A DNA stretch of 60,839 nucleotides, the filler included, from Catajapyx aquilonaris (taxonomy: Eukaryota), in the NCBI GenBank assembly GCA_000934665.2. It is 4 parts of 4 records of this genome, joined end to end, with 100 filler letters (N's around TTAATTAATTAA, not from the genome) between each part and the next. Parts side by side here need not be neighbours in the genome. Positions count along the whole stretch, not along the records: positions 1 to 15,136 come from JYFJ02007590.1; 3 more parts are not named here. The stretch is one strand, 5' to 3'. Below the pieces are notes generated by a model. It searched no databases and was not told the DNA's origin. It saw only the letters and a list, made by a program, of their open reading frames with translations. This document shows, one piece after another, positions 1 through 13,213 of this stretch (positions are counted from its first letter, which is position 1; every line of letters begins with the position of its first letter). Both the position numbers and the translations under genes were made by a program.

Positions 1-97
1 GAAACCACAGAAAACCATGGTCAGGGTCGCCGGCCTCCGGGATTCGAACCCAGGACCTCCCGATTAGCAGTCGGACACCATACCACTACACCACTAC
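1..97 (-). mobile_element. tRNA-derived SINE, 5' part, cut off by the window start
   Basis: Minus strand reads GTAGTGGTGTAGTGGTATGG (A box), GACTGCTAATC (tRNA-Ser-GCT-like anticodon arm) and GGTTCGAATCCC (B box), then a non-tRNA body CCCTGACCATGGTTTTCTGTGGTTTC. Confidence 0.7.
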
Positions 98-976
98 CTG
101 CACGTACAGTATATGAATTTATGAAGAGGACGAAATGGAAGAATGTACAATAGGGCGGCTCGAAAAACACTTTTTTCGAAAGTTGTAGTTCGCTAGTGAA
201 AAAAAGTTGTGTTGGGCGATCCTTTTAACAGGTAAAAAATCTGAGTCATGTGGGTTAATATCCTACGGCTCCGCCAGGGGCGTAAGTGACGCAACTTCCG
301 GTTTTTCGTTTTTTGGTGTACGAGTACACTTACCCGGCCTAAACATGAAATGTTGTGGCCCTATGGGCGTGAAATGTCGTTATCTTTGCGATATCTTGCA
401 CCGTTGACGAGATATTGACCAAAACCCCAGGTTCAAAAATTACATCGTTCTGCAAAAAAACACTCTTTCGCTATTTTGAAACCCTTTATGAGCTTTTTAT
501 GGATTTTGGGGTGCTGAATCCGAATCCGGCAACAGATTTGCTCTATCACGTACAGTGTTTGAGATATCTATAATATTAAAATGCTTGCGTTGGGGGGCCG
601 AGCCCTCTGATTGGTCCGCCCCCGTATTGTAGCCGCCACCTCTTCCCATTGGCCCCCGTCCATTGTTGCTGCGTCGTATCCATGACGCATTGTTACCATG
701 ACGCCTCCGATTGGCCCCCGTTCCGAGCATGCGCAGTGGGTGGGAGAACGCCTCAGTCGCTTGCTGGACGTCAACGAGGACGCATCATTCTCCTCTCCCG
801 CGAAGACCCCTCTGCCCCTTCCACCTACCCTTCTACCCACGTCTTATTCCCGGTGACCTCACAACAGAGGAGGGGGAATTGGAAGCCGTAAACAAGCCGA
901 ACACTGGACTACGGTGGTGCCAAACTGCCAACTCCGTGGACGTTTGTAATAAAGCAAAATAATTTCAGTTTTTTAA

Positions 977-1795
977 CCTTTTGACGGCGGAGTTTTTGAG
1001 CCATTGCCTTACCCCAGGGCCTGAGTTTCTTTTCCCCCTTTTCCGGAAATTTGATGAAGAGTGATATTTTTAATGAATAATAATCCGCGGACTGCCCGGA
1101 TTACCCGGATTACCCATCCTTACCTGATCAAAATGACCCTGTGACCCATTTTTGAGGGGGGCAGAGGTCAAGTGGCTGAAGTCGAGCTTACAGGCCATTC
1201 GCCGAATCAATTAGTCACGATTTCCACATTTTCATCGTTGTGTTTGTTCATCACCTAGCAACATACGATTCGGCAACAATGACAGCAATGCTCCCATCTG
1301 CATTCTGCTTCAGCTCCAGGAATTACTTCCGGGGTCCCTGCTGGTCACTCCCCCAACTTCAAACACAGTAGGAAAACAACGATTCAAAGAAGTGTCAGCA
1401 AGCCGCAGGTACTGTTTCCTAATTGATTCGGCGAATGGCCTGTAAACCCGACATGCGACATAAGCCCAAAAGGACCCTGCGACCCATATTGGAGGGGGGC
1501 AGAGGTGAAATTCCGCCCTCACCGATTTTCTTGAAATTCGGTGCATTGACATAATTATGCCCCCCTCCAATGTGGGTCAATTTCGAGCAGGTAACTATAG
1601 GTGCGTTTTCATCCCCTGGGGTGGGCTACCAATGCACCGAATTTCAAGAACATCGGTAAGGTCGGAATTTTATGAGTTGAAAAATGTCCCAAGTTGTCAG
1701 GGCAAATCTCAAGACATCATAATTATGATGTCCGTAGGCACTGCAGCAATGTAAGCTCGGACATCATAATTATGATGTCCACAGTCGTCAAAGGG
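977..1795. mobile_element. piggyBac-type MITE (copy 1)
   Basis: TTAA|CCTTTTGACG...CGTCAAAGGG|TTAG; the right TSD is imperfect. Shares termini and internal repeat units with 10425-11400. Confidence 0.75.
1191..1442. mobile_element. Tc1/mariner-type MITE
   Basis: TA|CAGGCCATTCGCCGAATCAATTAG...CTAATTGATTCGGCGAATGGCCTG|TA: perfect 24-bp TIR and TA TSD. Absent from the second piggyBac copy. Confidence 0.8.
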
Positions 1796-2284
1796 TTAGA
1801 GAAGGTCAGCCTCCTGTCAACACCGCAGGGAGAGTTTGTAAGCAGGATTGGCTGCGATATTCAACACTGAACCCGGGAATAGGTCGAGAATATCAAAAGA
1901 AATTGTCGGGAAGAATAATGAAATCAGTACTTGATCGTCTTTCTGCGGAGTTCCATGGATGTTCATAATAAAGGGGAGTTATGATTATGAGCAGTTACAA
2001 AACCTGGTCGGAAAGTGTGCATAATATAATTTAGATACATGTGTGCGATGAGTGCATGCGAGTAGAGGCGGTTGAGGTTGTGAATTTCTGTTCGTACAAT
2101 AATTTATTTGGGTTTTTAAAAATTCAAAAGGAATTGGTATGTTGAGGTGAGAAAATGCATGCAGAGTATATTTCCTAGCCAATGCAATGCAAAGGTGGGA
2201 TTTCAGACGGTTCGCAAGGTAGTAATCGTGGATAACAGTTCAGAATCACGGACGGAGGAAAGGGGTGGGGTGGGAGTACACATA

Positions 2285-2845
2285 CAGGGTGTTTACGACC
2301 TAACTTTACAAACTTCCAGGGGTAATAGAGGGGACCAAGACAAACATTTTTGACATAGGAAACCGTGTCCGGAAACGCCATCTAGAGGGGGTTCATAGAC
2401 GAGGAACGGGTGCGCTCAGACGCGTCATGCGAGAGGCGAAAGTCGAGCGGACTGTTTTGTTGATAGATGGCGCGCAGTTGTTGCCAGGTTATGGCGTATC
2501 GCGTCGCTGTAAGTAACAACAACGCGATACGCCATAACCTGGCAACAACAGAACCGCTGTTGACTATCCGCGCATCTCCTAGAAGGCAGACTTTAGTTGC
2601 TAGATGGCTCTGCTGTTGCCACGTTATGGCACATCGCATCGTTGGTTACTATCCGAGCGCCATCTATCAACACAACAGTCCGCTCGACTAGCGCCTCTCG
2701 CGTGACGCGTCTGAGCACACCCGTTCCTTGTCTATGAACCCCCTCTAGATGGCGTTTCCGGACACGGGTTCCTATGTCAAAAATGTTTGTCTTGGTCCCC
2801 TTTATCACCCCTAGAAGTTTGTAAAGTTAGGTCGTAAACACCCTG
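2285..2845. mobile_element. Tc1/mariner-type MITE, nearly fully palindromic
   Basis: TA|CAGGGTGTTTACGACC...GGTCGTAAACACCCTG|TA; inverted arms longer than 200 bp. Confidence 0.88.
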
Positions 2846-5557
2846 TATATGATTGGGGGATGGGCATCATCACTGGCTATAAGTCGGAAGCGATTTAAAA
2901 TGCGGTGTCCACCGCAGGCGTAGAAAAACGTGAGCGAAGCGAGCGGTTTTCTACGCCTGTGCCATAGAAAAATTCGAGCGGAGCGAGGGTTTTTCTAGTA
3001 TCGTTTTAAAACCTTGGACGGTTTACTAGGGGTCTTTCCGAATCAAGTGGGCCTAAATGTGGCTAGACCGCCTTGGATCTTGGTCGGCCAAGGACAGTCG
3101 ATTATAATTGTTGAGGTCACAATATATTCTTGGGCATGTGACTGTGCAAATGACAAATGAAATGCTATACAAATTTATTTTTACATTTTAGAGGAATACT
3201 AATTCCATAGGCGCATTGTCCTGGTGTTTCCCTTTCTTTTGATGTATATGTTCATTGGGGTTTGACCACTTGCACTAACCGAAAAAAAAATCTCCAAAAA
3301 AGGCCTCATTCTCAGCCATTTCCAGATGTTTGCGATTTTTCCCCTCATCATAGTATTGAGCAATATGGCTGAATTTTTATAGGAAGCGTTAAGGAATAGA
3401 TGAGTACATCTGGGATTATTTTCACCAAGATCCAAGGCGGTCTAGCAACATTTAGGCCCACTTGATTCGGAAAGACCCCTAGTAAACCGTCCAAAGTTTT
3501 AAAACGATATATCTCGAAAACTGTACGTGATAGAGCAAATCTGTTGCCGGATTCGGATTCAGCACCCCAAAATCCATAAAAGGCACATAAAGGTTTTCAA
3601 AAGAGCGAAAGAGAGTGTTTTTTTGCAGAACGGTGTAATTTTTGAACCTGGGGTTTTGGTCAATATCTCGTCAACGGTGCAAGATATCGCAAAAATAACG
3701 ACATTTCACCCCCAACGGACCACAACATTTCATGTTTAGGCCGGGTAAGTGTACTCGCACACCAAAAAACGAAAAACCGGAAGTTGCGTCACTTACGCCC
3801 CTGGCGGAGCCGTAGGATATTAACCCACATGACTCAGATTTTTTACCTGTTAAAAGGATCGCCCAACACCACTTTTTTTCACAAGCGAACTACAACTTTC
3901 GAAAAAAAGTGTTTTTCGAGCCGCCCTAATGTACAATTCTATCCTTGTCATTCTTTTGTAGAGCGAATCGCTACAAAGATATCTCCGATTATATTGACAC
4001 CACCTAACCACTCTACGAAGATTTTTGCAAATATACTGTGCTTACACAAGCATTTACGTAAATAAGTCACTTATTACAGTACTGTACTCTAATAACCCAT
4101 AGACGAGCTATCATTGATGAACATGGTTGGTAATGATAATAGCTATTATAGCTGAAATTACAACAATGCCAGAAAATTTCGCAACAGTGATGGCCAGGTT
4201 GCAGAGTCGAGATTGAAAGTGCACCAGGTATATGTCGCATGAGATTATAGACGAGAACCTGGTTTAGTGCAAATGTGGGAAAGAACCTGGTCCAAGTACT
4301 TTCTAAAGAAATAAGAGTTAAAAAGAAGCCTACTTGAGTTTTTAAACTCTATTTTTCTAGAGAGTACGAAACAATATTTTCCGATCAAGTGGTGGGTCAT
4401 ACAATATAACATCAGAAGGGACTTTGTTTTGCGGAGAATATAATAAATTCTTGGTGACAAAAGAACTCACAGAGAAAAGTAAGAACACTATATTTTTTGA
4501 GGACTACGAATATAACAGAATGCTGTGCAAATCGTGGTGATGATGGCTCCTGCTGTTGTTGTGCGGCTGATTAATGTTGATTTGTTATATGGCATGTTGG
4601 CTTTATGTATGTGGAATAAATAGCGGGAAACGGGCTGTAGGACTTGAAAGGTTAGGTCAGCCCTCATCCCCTTTTCCAGTCTTATGCGGTTAAAGGTCTA
4701 ATTGAGTATTAATTTTCCTTATGCTATGTTTGCAGCAGATTGTTTTTCACCATGTTCATGTCTCAGGCCTAGTGTAAACCTTTGTCACCATGAATTTATA
4801 TATTCTCCACAAAACAAACAGTTTCTTCTAATGTTATATTGCAGTAGTCTATGACCCACCACTTGATCGGAAAATATTGTTTCGTAGTTGGACCAGGTTC
4901 TTTCCCACATTTGCACCGCAGTTCTTTTCTGTAATATCTGTCAACCAGTTTCTCGTCTATAATCTCATGCGACATATACCTGGTGCACTTTCAATCTCGA
5001 CTCTGCAACCTGGCCATCACTGTTGCGCAATTTTCTGGCATTGTTGTAATTTCAGCTATAATAGCTATTATCATTACCAACCATTTTCATCAATGATAGC
5101 TCGTCTATGGGTTATTAGAGTACAGTACTGTAATAAGTGACTTATTTACGTAAATGCTTGAGTAAGCACAGTAGGCTATATTATTTTGCAAAAATCTTCG
5201 TAGAGTGGTTAGGTGGTGTCAATATAATCGGAGATATCTTTGTAGCGATTCGCTCTACAAAAGAATGATAAGGATAGAATTGTACATTCTTCCATTTCGT
5301 CCTCTTCATAAATTCATATACTGTACGTGCAGCCATCTAAGAGATAGATTTTAAAAACCTATTTTCGCCACCATTTTTCCAAGATGGCGGCGGGTTCCCT
5401 AGCTCTAATTGCATTGAACGTTAGATATGTTATTCTCCACATATGATTTCCATTGCAGTTCTTTTGACCCCATACCTTATCTTTCCTGGATTAAGCCACA
5501 CATACGCTGTTCAAACCTATGGCTCAAAACTGGACATTTTTGTTAAAAAATGCTTTA

Positions 5558-6010
5558 AAACGTGTTCAAACTGTCTTCTGACACTAAAATCGTGTTCAGC
5601 GACTTCGTATTACTAGGAATGGACTCCTTAATCCTCAATTTCCTGCGAAAAATGCGGTTCCGATTTTGTAACAATGGAGGCCATTTCCATTATTGGCCGC
5701 CATATTGGTTTCAAAGGTGTTCAAACTGTATTCTGACATTAGATTCGTGTTCAGCGACTTCGTATTGCTAGGAATCGACTCCTCAACCGTCAATTTCTTG
5801 CGAAAAATACCTATCTTGTAACAATGGAGGCCGTTTTCATTATTGGCCGCCATATTGGTTTCAAACGTGTTCATCCAAACTCTATTCTGACATTAGAATA
5901 GTGTTCAGCGACTTCGTATTGGTAGGAATTGACACCTCAATGGTCAATTTCGTTGCGAACAATACCGATTTCGTAACAATGGAGGCCATTTTCATTATTA
6001 GCCGCCATCT
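5558..6010. repeat. Tandem repeat, about 3 copies of a 150-155-bp unit, possibly inside a Helentron-like element ending near 6130
   Basis: Unit AAACGTGTTCAAAC...TCGTGTTCAGCGACTTCGTATT...TAACAATGGAGGCC...GGCCGCCAT starts at about 5558, 5713 and 5863. Confidence 0.8.
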
Positions 6011-7205
6011 GGAATCCTAATGGACGAAATTGCCGGTTCCACTCCCGGAATCATTCCTCTAGGAAGCACCATGCCAAGTGGCACACTTTCATCATCAATT
6101 GCCAGGTTTTTCCAGCTACCGCTTCCACTATATCGGCCGTTTTACGAATTCCCTTTTCGCGTTATAACGCGACTTCACACCGCAAACTGCAAGTCGTTGC
6201 GGCATGCGGGTGCGCGGCAAAACGCCACTTCCTGCCGTGTGTCAATTTACGAAAAGGTTGCCACTCGCGACAAAGTATGAGAAGGTATGGGCAAGTACTC
6301 TCCGACTGCCATAAGAGTGAACCTTTTGGGAAATCCTTCCGCGTTTCCATAGCAATGTCAACAGAGCAAGGTGGCCAGACATGGAAATTCTTCGCAGCTT
6401 ATAATCCTGTTTTTGGATTATTTTAAAATGGTTAACATCAGATTCGATAGCATGAAGTGGTAAATGGTCCTAGCATGGTACTTAATTATAATGGTTCAAG
6501 TGAAGGGCTCCAAATACGTCCCTACAGGCGCCAAATTCCACCAGGTAAAACACCCCGATCTGGCAACAAAAGCAGGTACAGATAAATCAAAACATTTTAC
6601 TCTACATCGTATTCCCGAAACCGGCCATTTCTTTTGTACAGTTAAGGTTCACTCTTATAGCAGTCGGAGTATATGAGAAGGAGAGGGTCGGAGAAGTACG
6701 TGCGCCAGGCCAACCTGGGCTCGGGCGGGCTCGGGGCGGCCTCCAGGGCGGTTATCCGGGTGAGGGCAGTGTCCTGGACCACATACGGGGCGAAGGCGGA
6801 CGGGACGGGGGCAAAAGGATGGGACATTAGCGGCCAGGCGGACTTAGAAAAAACATAGGGGAAAAGAAGCAAGAAGGGGGGGGGGGAAGAGGAGGTGAGG
6901 AGGTGAGGGGGCGTGGAGGTCACGGGACTGGACGGGATACCTTCCGATTGGTTCAACGCGACGGCATGCAGTCCGACTTCAAAATTTTTTGAAGCCGGCA
7001 GCTCGCTCTTCCGACGGCCAAACGCGGCTGTGTTCTGCGCGTTGCCTTTTCATAAATGAGGGCTGTGGGGGAAAAACATGATAACTGACATTTTTGTCAT
7101 TTTTGAACTAAACACCTAGAAACTATGTAAAGACATGACAAACATTTTGGTATACTCAAAGTTCACATATCATGCACCAGACGGCAACACGGGCTACATG
7201 ATAAC

Positions 7206-9290
7206 TAGGCCCCGGATTTGTAGGTTTTTACCTATTTCGTTCCTTGATAGTTATTCCTAATTTTTCAACATATTGTCAGATAAATGGCCCTAAATAAGGT
7301 CTCATAAACCGGGAGCTGCGTGGATAATTGCCTAAATAAATGACGGATAGCCATGAGATCATACACCATGCATGGGAACTGCCATACGCGTCAGAGATGA
7401 CTCCCAAAGGTACTTGGAATGACCACTTGATCAGGCAAAGGAAGTGTTGCACGATAGTGCGGCCACTTTCCCTGACTATGTGTGATCTCGGCTACCAATT
7501 CACCTTAAGGGGGAATTGCGGCAATTTATGTCGAGCTTTGAGGTGACCGAGGATCCGGTTCACCTCAACACAAATACGTCATACGGAGGTAGAGACGCAC
7601 GCTTGCCTGGCCACATCTGGATTTCGACTCATGTTGGGCAATAGAATTCACGCTAATTTCACCTAATCAAGGTAACCTATGGTGCAATGACTTTTCCGAA
7701 AGACGTCAGAAGGCTGGTATAAAAGGCTAATGTGAGATAGACTCGAGGTCTATCTGGTTACAACTATCGTCACGTTTTGCACCACGCTGGGAAAGGGAAC
7801 CAGCTGCCTGCCTGCCAATTATCAGTACTGCGGGTGAGATGCACAACCCAGTTTGGGGGTGAGTATTAGTGCCTTGTTCCATCAAGTTGAACTAGCTACC
7901 CAACTTGTTTGTCTAGTCTCTAACTGAAGTATGAGAACCTGTTCGGTGTCCCTGTTACTGAATAAACAGCTCTTAGAGGCGTTGGAACTGATGTTAGTGC
8001 ACTGATTTGTATTACCTGCTTCGATTGACTGATCTCGACTGGATTTCTGGTACAATTCGAAGCTGTTGAGTTACGTACCCCCTTTTTGTTGCGAAATTAA
8101 CAACAATCTGATAATATCTTTGCGAGTTGGGGTACTCTGAGTGGAATATATAAATCTTATAGAACCTAAAATAACCTAATCGGGGGGTTAGAACCTATAA
8201 ACACCTAAATTGAGGTTAAACCCCGCTAAAACCTAATAAAGACCTATTTCGGGGTTTTTAACGGAAATTGCACTTAAACTGCATGTATACAGGGTGTATC
8301 TGAACTCAGTGCCCCGACGTATATGACTGCCTTCCTAGCCACCAGAGGATCGATTTAAGTATAGGAATCATTATGTTTGGCCGCCGCATTACGGAGATAA
8401 TTGGCCGCAAACATGTAGTACAAAATATCCTGTCGGTTAGGCCACCCATCGAACCCTCCTCCAGTCAGAAGGCTCTGGAAGGTCTGGGGGCGGGACTTTG
8501 TTGGTTTGTTGCCCACAGGTGGTAAGGCCTCTTTGGCTAGTTACACCAGAAAATTCTATTTAAAAGTCAGAAGGAGCGATTAGGCAAAAATCGCTAAAGA
8601 GTGTATCTCAGTAATGAGGCTGCCCAGACATATGACTCCTATACTTAAATCGATCCTCTGGTGGCTAGGAAGGCAGTCATATACGTCGGGGCACTGAGTT
8701 CAGATACACCCTGTATAGAGCGGCCACACATGTCCGTAGATCGGAACAGTCCTCTGCCAGTTTCAAACGTCTTTTCTTTCCCCTCCTTGACGCATCTCCA
8801 TATCGTCCTAATCAAAGACTCAAGGTCTTTGGTCCTAATCACCTGGCGCAGACCAGAGACCTAGAGAATTTGCAGAATTTAAATTCGCCCCTGTCACATC
8901 TTGTGCCGTCGAGAGGTGTTTTTCTGGCCTGCGGCGAATCATGTCAGATAATCGGCGAGGGTTCACTGCAGAAAATCTTGCCATGTACTTGATTGTTCAG
9001 AGCCACAAGAGATCATGATTCATGCATGATCATGAAGCATCTGTTTTTAATTATTTCATAAAATATAGAATAAAAGATTTCATTGCCGTGTAAATTGATT
9101 TCATTGCTCAAATGTGTGACCCCACTGCAAGAATTAGCAATAAAAAGGACTTAAATAACGGTTTTTAGATATGTTAATGCACTATAACCAATAAAAACCT
9201 AAAATAGAGTTTTTAAAACCTGTAAAAACCTAAAACCCAGATCGAAAAAACCTAATTGGCTATTTTTAAAACCTACAAATCCGGGGCCTA
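7206..9290. mobile_element. Non-autonomous hAT element
   Basis: Perfect 23-bp TIR TAGGCCCCGGATTTGTAGGTTTT, 8-bp TSD ATGATAAC (7198-7205, 9291-9298), and many short ACCTA subterminal motifs. Confidence 0.9.
8290..8713. mobile_element. Tc1/mariner-type MITE nested in the hAT element
   Basis: TA|CAGGGTGTATCTGAACTCAG...CTGAGTTCAGATACACCCTG|TA; TIR about 77 bp. Confidence 0.88.
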
Positions 9291-10424
9291 ATGATAACCA
9301 ACATGCCACGTTTTCAGGCACTTCCGCAAAGGGAAAAACACGATAACTGACCCTATTTTTATACGCTTCGCATTCTTCCATTTAATACAGGGTGTAACAA
9401 CGGTTTCTGGCCCAGTCAATATTATACACGTATGAAATTCTCAGTTTTTAAAAGCTACCTGTCATCGTTTATGTTGATATTTTAATCCCATAATCCCCTG
9501 TGTGACTGATTTTTCCATCCATATCCTCATGCACTGACTCTGCTTTTGTGCTCATGAGAGGTGTGCAATGCAAGTGTTGTCTGTCATGAAGATTCCTTCC
9601 AAGTGCTTTGTTCTCAATGTCTGATAATTGTGGGCCAGGTGTTAGACAGTGTCTGTAAGCAAGCCGGGCCAAAAAATCATGACCAGTTAATAAGAGAAGG
9701 AATGAGCAACTGTCACACGAGATGTATAGTACATTGAAACTTGTGGACACTTTGGGAAGAGGTGTATCTCAGTCTTTGGAGAGAAAAATGGTATGCATAC
9801 TGAATATATTAACACACCATACATCCTTCCATGTCTGAATACATGTTTAACTCATATACATATTCACCTTAAGTTAATTAAAAAATTATTAACCCTCTGC
9901 CCGACGACGTGTGCGTGATTTACGGACACTCACTTTAATTTTTTTTTTTTTTTTTTGCAAAGAATCTATCGATCCTAAAGGATTGCGGTTTTCGGCATAT
10001 TCACAAGCAAACCCAGCAGAATAATTAAGTCACCACAAAAATCACATGCTCGAGTGCTTTGTCGGACTTTATCGTATGAAGCAATCTTCCGCTAGCTACA
10101 AGGTGGCTATATTGGAAAATGATCTTTGCGCAGTGATAGAGATTGTATGAAGCTTAGCATAATTATGGGAATTTAGCAATTGATTAGACTGGTTTCTAAG
10201 CTGTAGTTTGCATATAATCGTTCTTTGAACCCGTAAACTTCACCGCAACGTTTTTTATGATTCCCGAGTAGCTGCACAGAAATAGTTATAGCTGTTATGC
10301 TACGCACGGCCTAGACTATGGGAGCTGCGCAGTGGATCTGGCGGGAGCAGCCTTTCAAGGCGATTCGAATGATATATGAAGCACAGGGCTAACACAAGCC
10401 GTTGGTGAGATATGGATGTTTTAA

Positions 10425-11400
10425 CCCTTTGATGACGGAGTTTTTGAAGGCTTGCATTACCCCAGGGCCTGAGTTTTTTTCCTCCCTTTTCCGGAAATTT
10501 TATGACCTCGCCGATTTTCTTCAAATTCGGTGCATTGGTAGCCCACAACAAGGGATGAAAAACGCACCTGATAAAAATGACCTCGTGACCCAATTTTGAG
10601 GGGGGCAGAGGTCAAATCATAAAATTTCAACCTCACCGATTTTCTTCAAATTCGGTGCATTGGTAGCCCACCCCAAGGGATGAGAAACGCACCTATAGTT
10701 ACCTGATCAAAATGACCTCGTGATCCAATTTTGAGGGGGGCAGAGGTCAAATCATAAAATTTCGACCTCCACTTATTTTCTTGAAATTCGGTGCATTGGT
10801 AGCCCACACCAAGGGATGAAAAACGCACCTATAGTTACCTGATCTAAATGACCTCGTGACCTAATTCTGAGGAGGGCAGAGGTCAAATTCCAACCTCACC
10901 GATTTTCTTGAAATTCGGGGGTTACACACTTACATTTTTTGCGTACACGTACTACCCGCCTTAGTGAATCACAAGGGAGACTTTGCAAGTGCCAGTCACA
11001 AATTTTCTTGAGATTCGGCGCATTGACATATGTCCCCTCCAATATGGGTCACAGGGTCATGTCGAGCAGGGAACTATATGGGTTTGTCATCCCTTGGTGT
11101 GGGCTACTAATGCACCGAATTTGAAGAAAATCGGCGAGGTCGGAATTTTATGATTTGACCTCTGCCCCCCTCAAAATTGGGTCACGAGGTCACTTTTATC
11201 AGGTCACTATAGGTGCGTTTTTCATCCCTTGGGGTGGGCTACCAATGCACCGAATTTCAAGAATATCGGTGAGGTTGAAATTTTTTGCGTTGAAATATGA
11301 CCCAAGTTGGCAGGGCAAATCTTCGGACATCATATGATGTCCGTAGGCCCTCCAGCAATGCAAGCTCGGAAATCATATGATGGCCGTAGGCAGCAAAGGG
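10425..11400. mobile_element. piggyBac-type MITE (copy 2) with internal ~130-bp repeat arrays
   Basis: TTAA|CCCTTTG...CAAAGGG|TTAA. About 3.5 direct copies of the unit lie at 10500-10920 and inverted copies at ~11000-11290. A related inverted pair lies at ~12170-12405. Confidence 0.85.
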
Positions 11401-11574
11401 TTAATAACCAATATTTATGTTCGAAAATGAAAAGCGAAAATGTTCAAAACTACTTCAGTTATACTTATGTGACACTGGGTACAAAAGTCCCTAAGTCACC
11501 GGAGTAATATTTTTAAAAACCATCGATTAGTCTTCGACTGCGATTAGTCAATTTCCTTACCGCCTCACGATTAC

Positions 11575-11576
<2 letters not shown>

Positions 11577-11609
<33 letters not shown>

Positions 11610-11630
11610 TCCCTCTCTCTCTCTCTCTCT
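11577..11630. repeat. (CT)n microsatellite
   Basis: Read directly from the sequence. Confidence 0.95.
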
Positions 11631-11780
11631 ACACTGTACGATACTATCTACACTGTACGATACTATCTACACTGTACGATACTATCTACACTGTACGATA
11701 CTATCTACACTGTACGATACTATCTACACTGTACGATACTATCTACACTGTACGATACTATCTACACTGTACGATACTAT
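11629..11780. repeat. Minisatellite, 8 perfect copies of the 19-mer CTACACTGTACGATACTAT
   Basis: Read directly; no spacers between units. Confidence 0.95.
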
Positions 11781-12818
11781 CTGTCTATCCCACACTGTCA
11801 TATTATATGTAAGATGTGATCATTGTGCGGACATGATTTGGACACATTGTTACAAACTGTTGTTGGTGCTAATGTACGATGCTTCATTTCATCTGCAGGT
11901 GGTTTATGCTTCCGGCTTACAACAAATTAGGGAACTTGATCTTCTGAATTTTCCAAGAGCTATAAGCTGGATTTGACGCCAATCAGACACGTAATTTGAG
12001 GAAAAATAATTTAAGCTTATGTATTTTTTTCCCGAGCAAATTCAGAAGCGACTTTTTCAAATATGGCTGCATTCTAGCAATATAGCTCGTTGTAATCAGA
12101 GTAATTATCCCTTTCCAGTGATGCAATGAAATGTCTGCATTTTTGAGTGCGACATCTGAAACTTCGTCCTTAAGGGATGAAAAACGCATCTAAAGTGACC
12201 TGCTCAAAATGACCCGGTGACCCCTTTTTGGGGGCCATCAGTGCACCGAATTTCAAGAAAATGGATGAGTTTTCGGCATTTAAGAGTTGACCTCTGCCCC
12301 CCAAAAAGGGGTCACCGGGTTATTTTGAGCAGGCCACTTTAGGTGCGTTTTTCATCCCTTGGGGTGGGCTACCAATGAATCGAATTCCAAGAACATCGGT
12401 GAGACCTTGGAAAGTGTCCCTTGTGAGTTGGAGAGGTCATAACTTTTGACCTTGTGGGCATCTGCGTAAATTGTTTGCATTTTCTTTAATAACTTACCTG
12501 CCTATACTATTGTGCCAAGTTTCATTCAGAAACTCCACAGGCAACACTTACACTTCCCTTGTGAGTTGGAAATCTCTCATTAATTTCATTTGCATTTTCC
12601 ATATCACTGCACAGAAAACAATATGGAAAAGAAGCTGATGGGCATGTTTCTAAGTACAAGTTACTTGTGTAAATGAGAAAACCATAATGGGGACGTAGCC
12701 TTCATTTTGGAAACTACATAATAAATTCGCCCATATTTTTTGGATTTTTTTGGCATATTCCATTTTAAGATATCAGTTTCAGTTCCGGAGTAATTGGGGT
12801 TTTTATGTAGGGATATGG

Positions 12819-13213
12819 TGACGTCACTGTTTCCCTAGAAAATGTTGACGTCACGCGAAGTGAAATGAACGCAAAAATTGTGTTATAGAATGCGCCCCGT
12901 CATTGTTGTAAAATGCTTCGCTGTTGTTAGCAACCGTCCCATTCCGTGAGCAAGATAGCGGCCGGGGCGCGTATTTATTCCAGGCCGCTCAAGCCGCTTC
13001 TGGGCTGACAGTGGTGCCACCCGCTCGGAAATACCTGTCTCCAGAATCCGGCACATAAAGGCCCCATTTCTCCAGCTCGATGGCCTACAGCTGCCTTGCG
13101 AATGCTTTCCGTCGTGTCCGCGGTTAATTCAAAGTCAAATTCCTCATATCTCGCAGTCAACCAGGCATTTCAGTGTACCCTTTCGATTGGCCGCCCCGTT
13201 TTTCCCGCCAATT
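12819..13213. promoter_or_regulatory. Possible promoter-like CpG-rich patch
   Basis: Two TGACGTCA (CRE) palindromes at 12819 and 12846. The minus strand has TTGGCGGGAAA (E2F-like), GGGGCGG and CCAAT at ~13186-13213. No gene could be assigned. Confidence 0.25.

Larger units (their letters stand above)
567..2998 (+). mobile_element. Non-autonomous Helitron
   Basis: Starts TC (TCTATAATATTAAAATG) and ends CTAG after hairpins (CAGGCGTAGAAAA..TTTTCTACGCCTG; TAGAAAAA..TTTTTCTA). Inserted between A566 and T2999 with no TSD. Removing it restores GAGATATATCGTTTTAAAAC, as seen in the opposite hAT TIR. Confidence 0.88.
151..3928. mobile_element. Non-autonomous hAT-type element with ~500-bp TIRs
   Basis: Ends TAGGGCGGCTCG...CGAGCCGCCCTA with an 8-bp TSD ATGTACAA (143-150, 3929-3936). 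The empty site GGAAGAATGTACAATTCTATCC is preserved in the opposite foldback arm near 5272-5293. Left TIR is 151-566 plus 2999-~3084; right TIR is ~3424-3928. Confidence 0.9.
98..5332. mobile_element. Foldback-type non-autonomous element with ~430-bp inverted arms; left arm interrupted by a hAT insertion
   Basis: 98-150 joined to 3937-~4299 is the reverse complement of ~4884-5332. No TSD identified, so the superfamily is unassigned. Confidence 0.75.

Noticed and set aside
11629..11780. CRISPR-like regular repeat
   Set aside because: Eight head-to-tail 19-mers with no spacers, in eukaryotic context with no cas genes; an ordinary minisatellite.
12975..13160. Minus-strand MRNLTL start resembling the Elp1 N-terminus, next to promoter-like motifs
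   Set aside because: Stops after 7 codons and no further similarity is recognisable.
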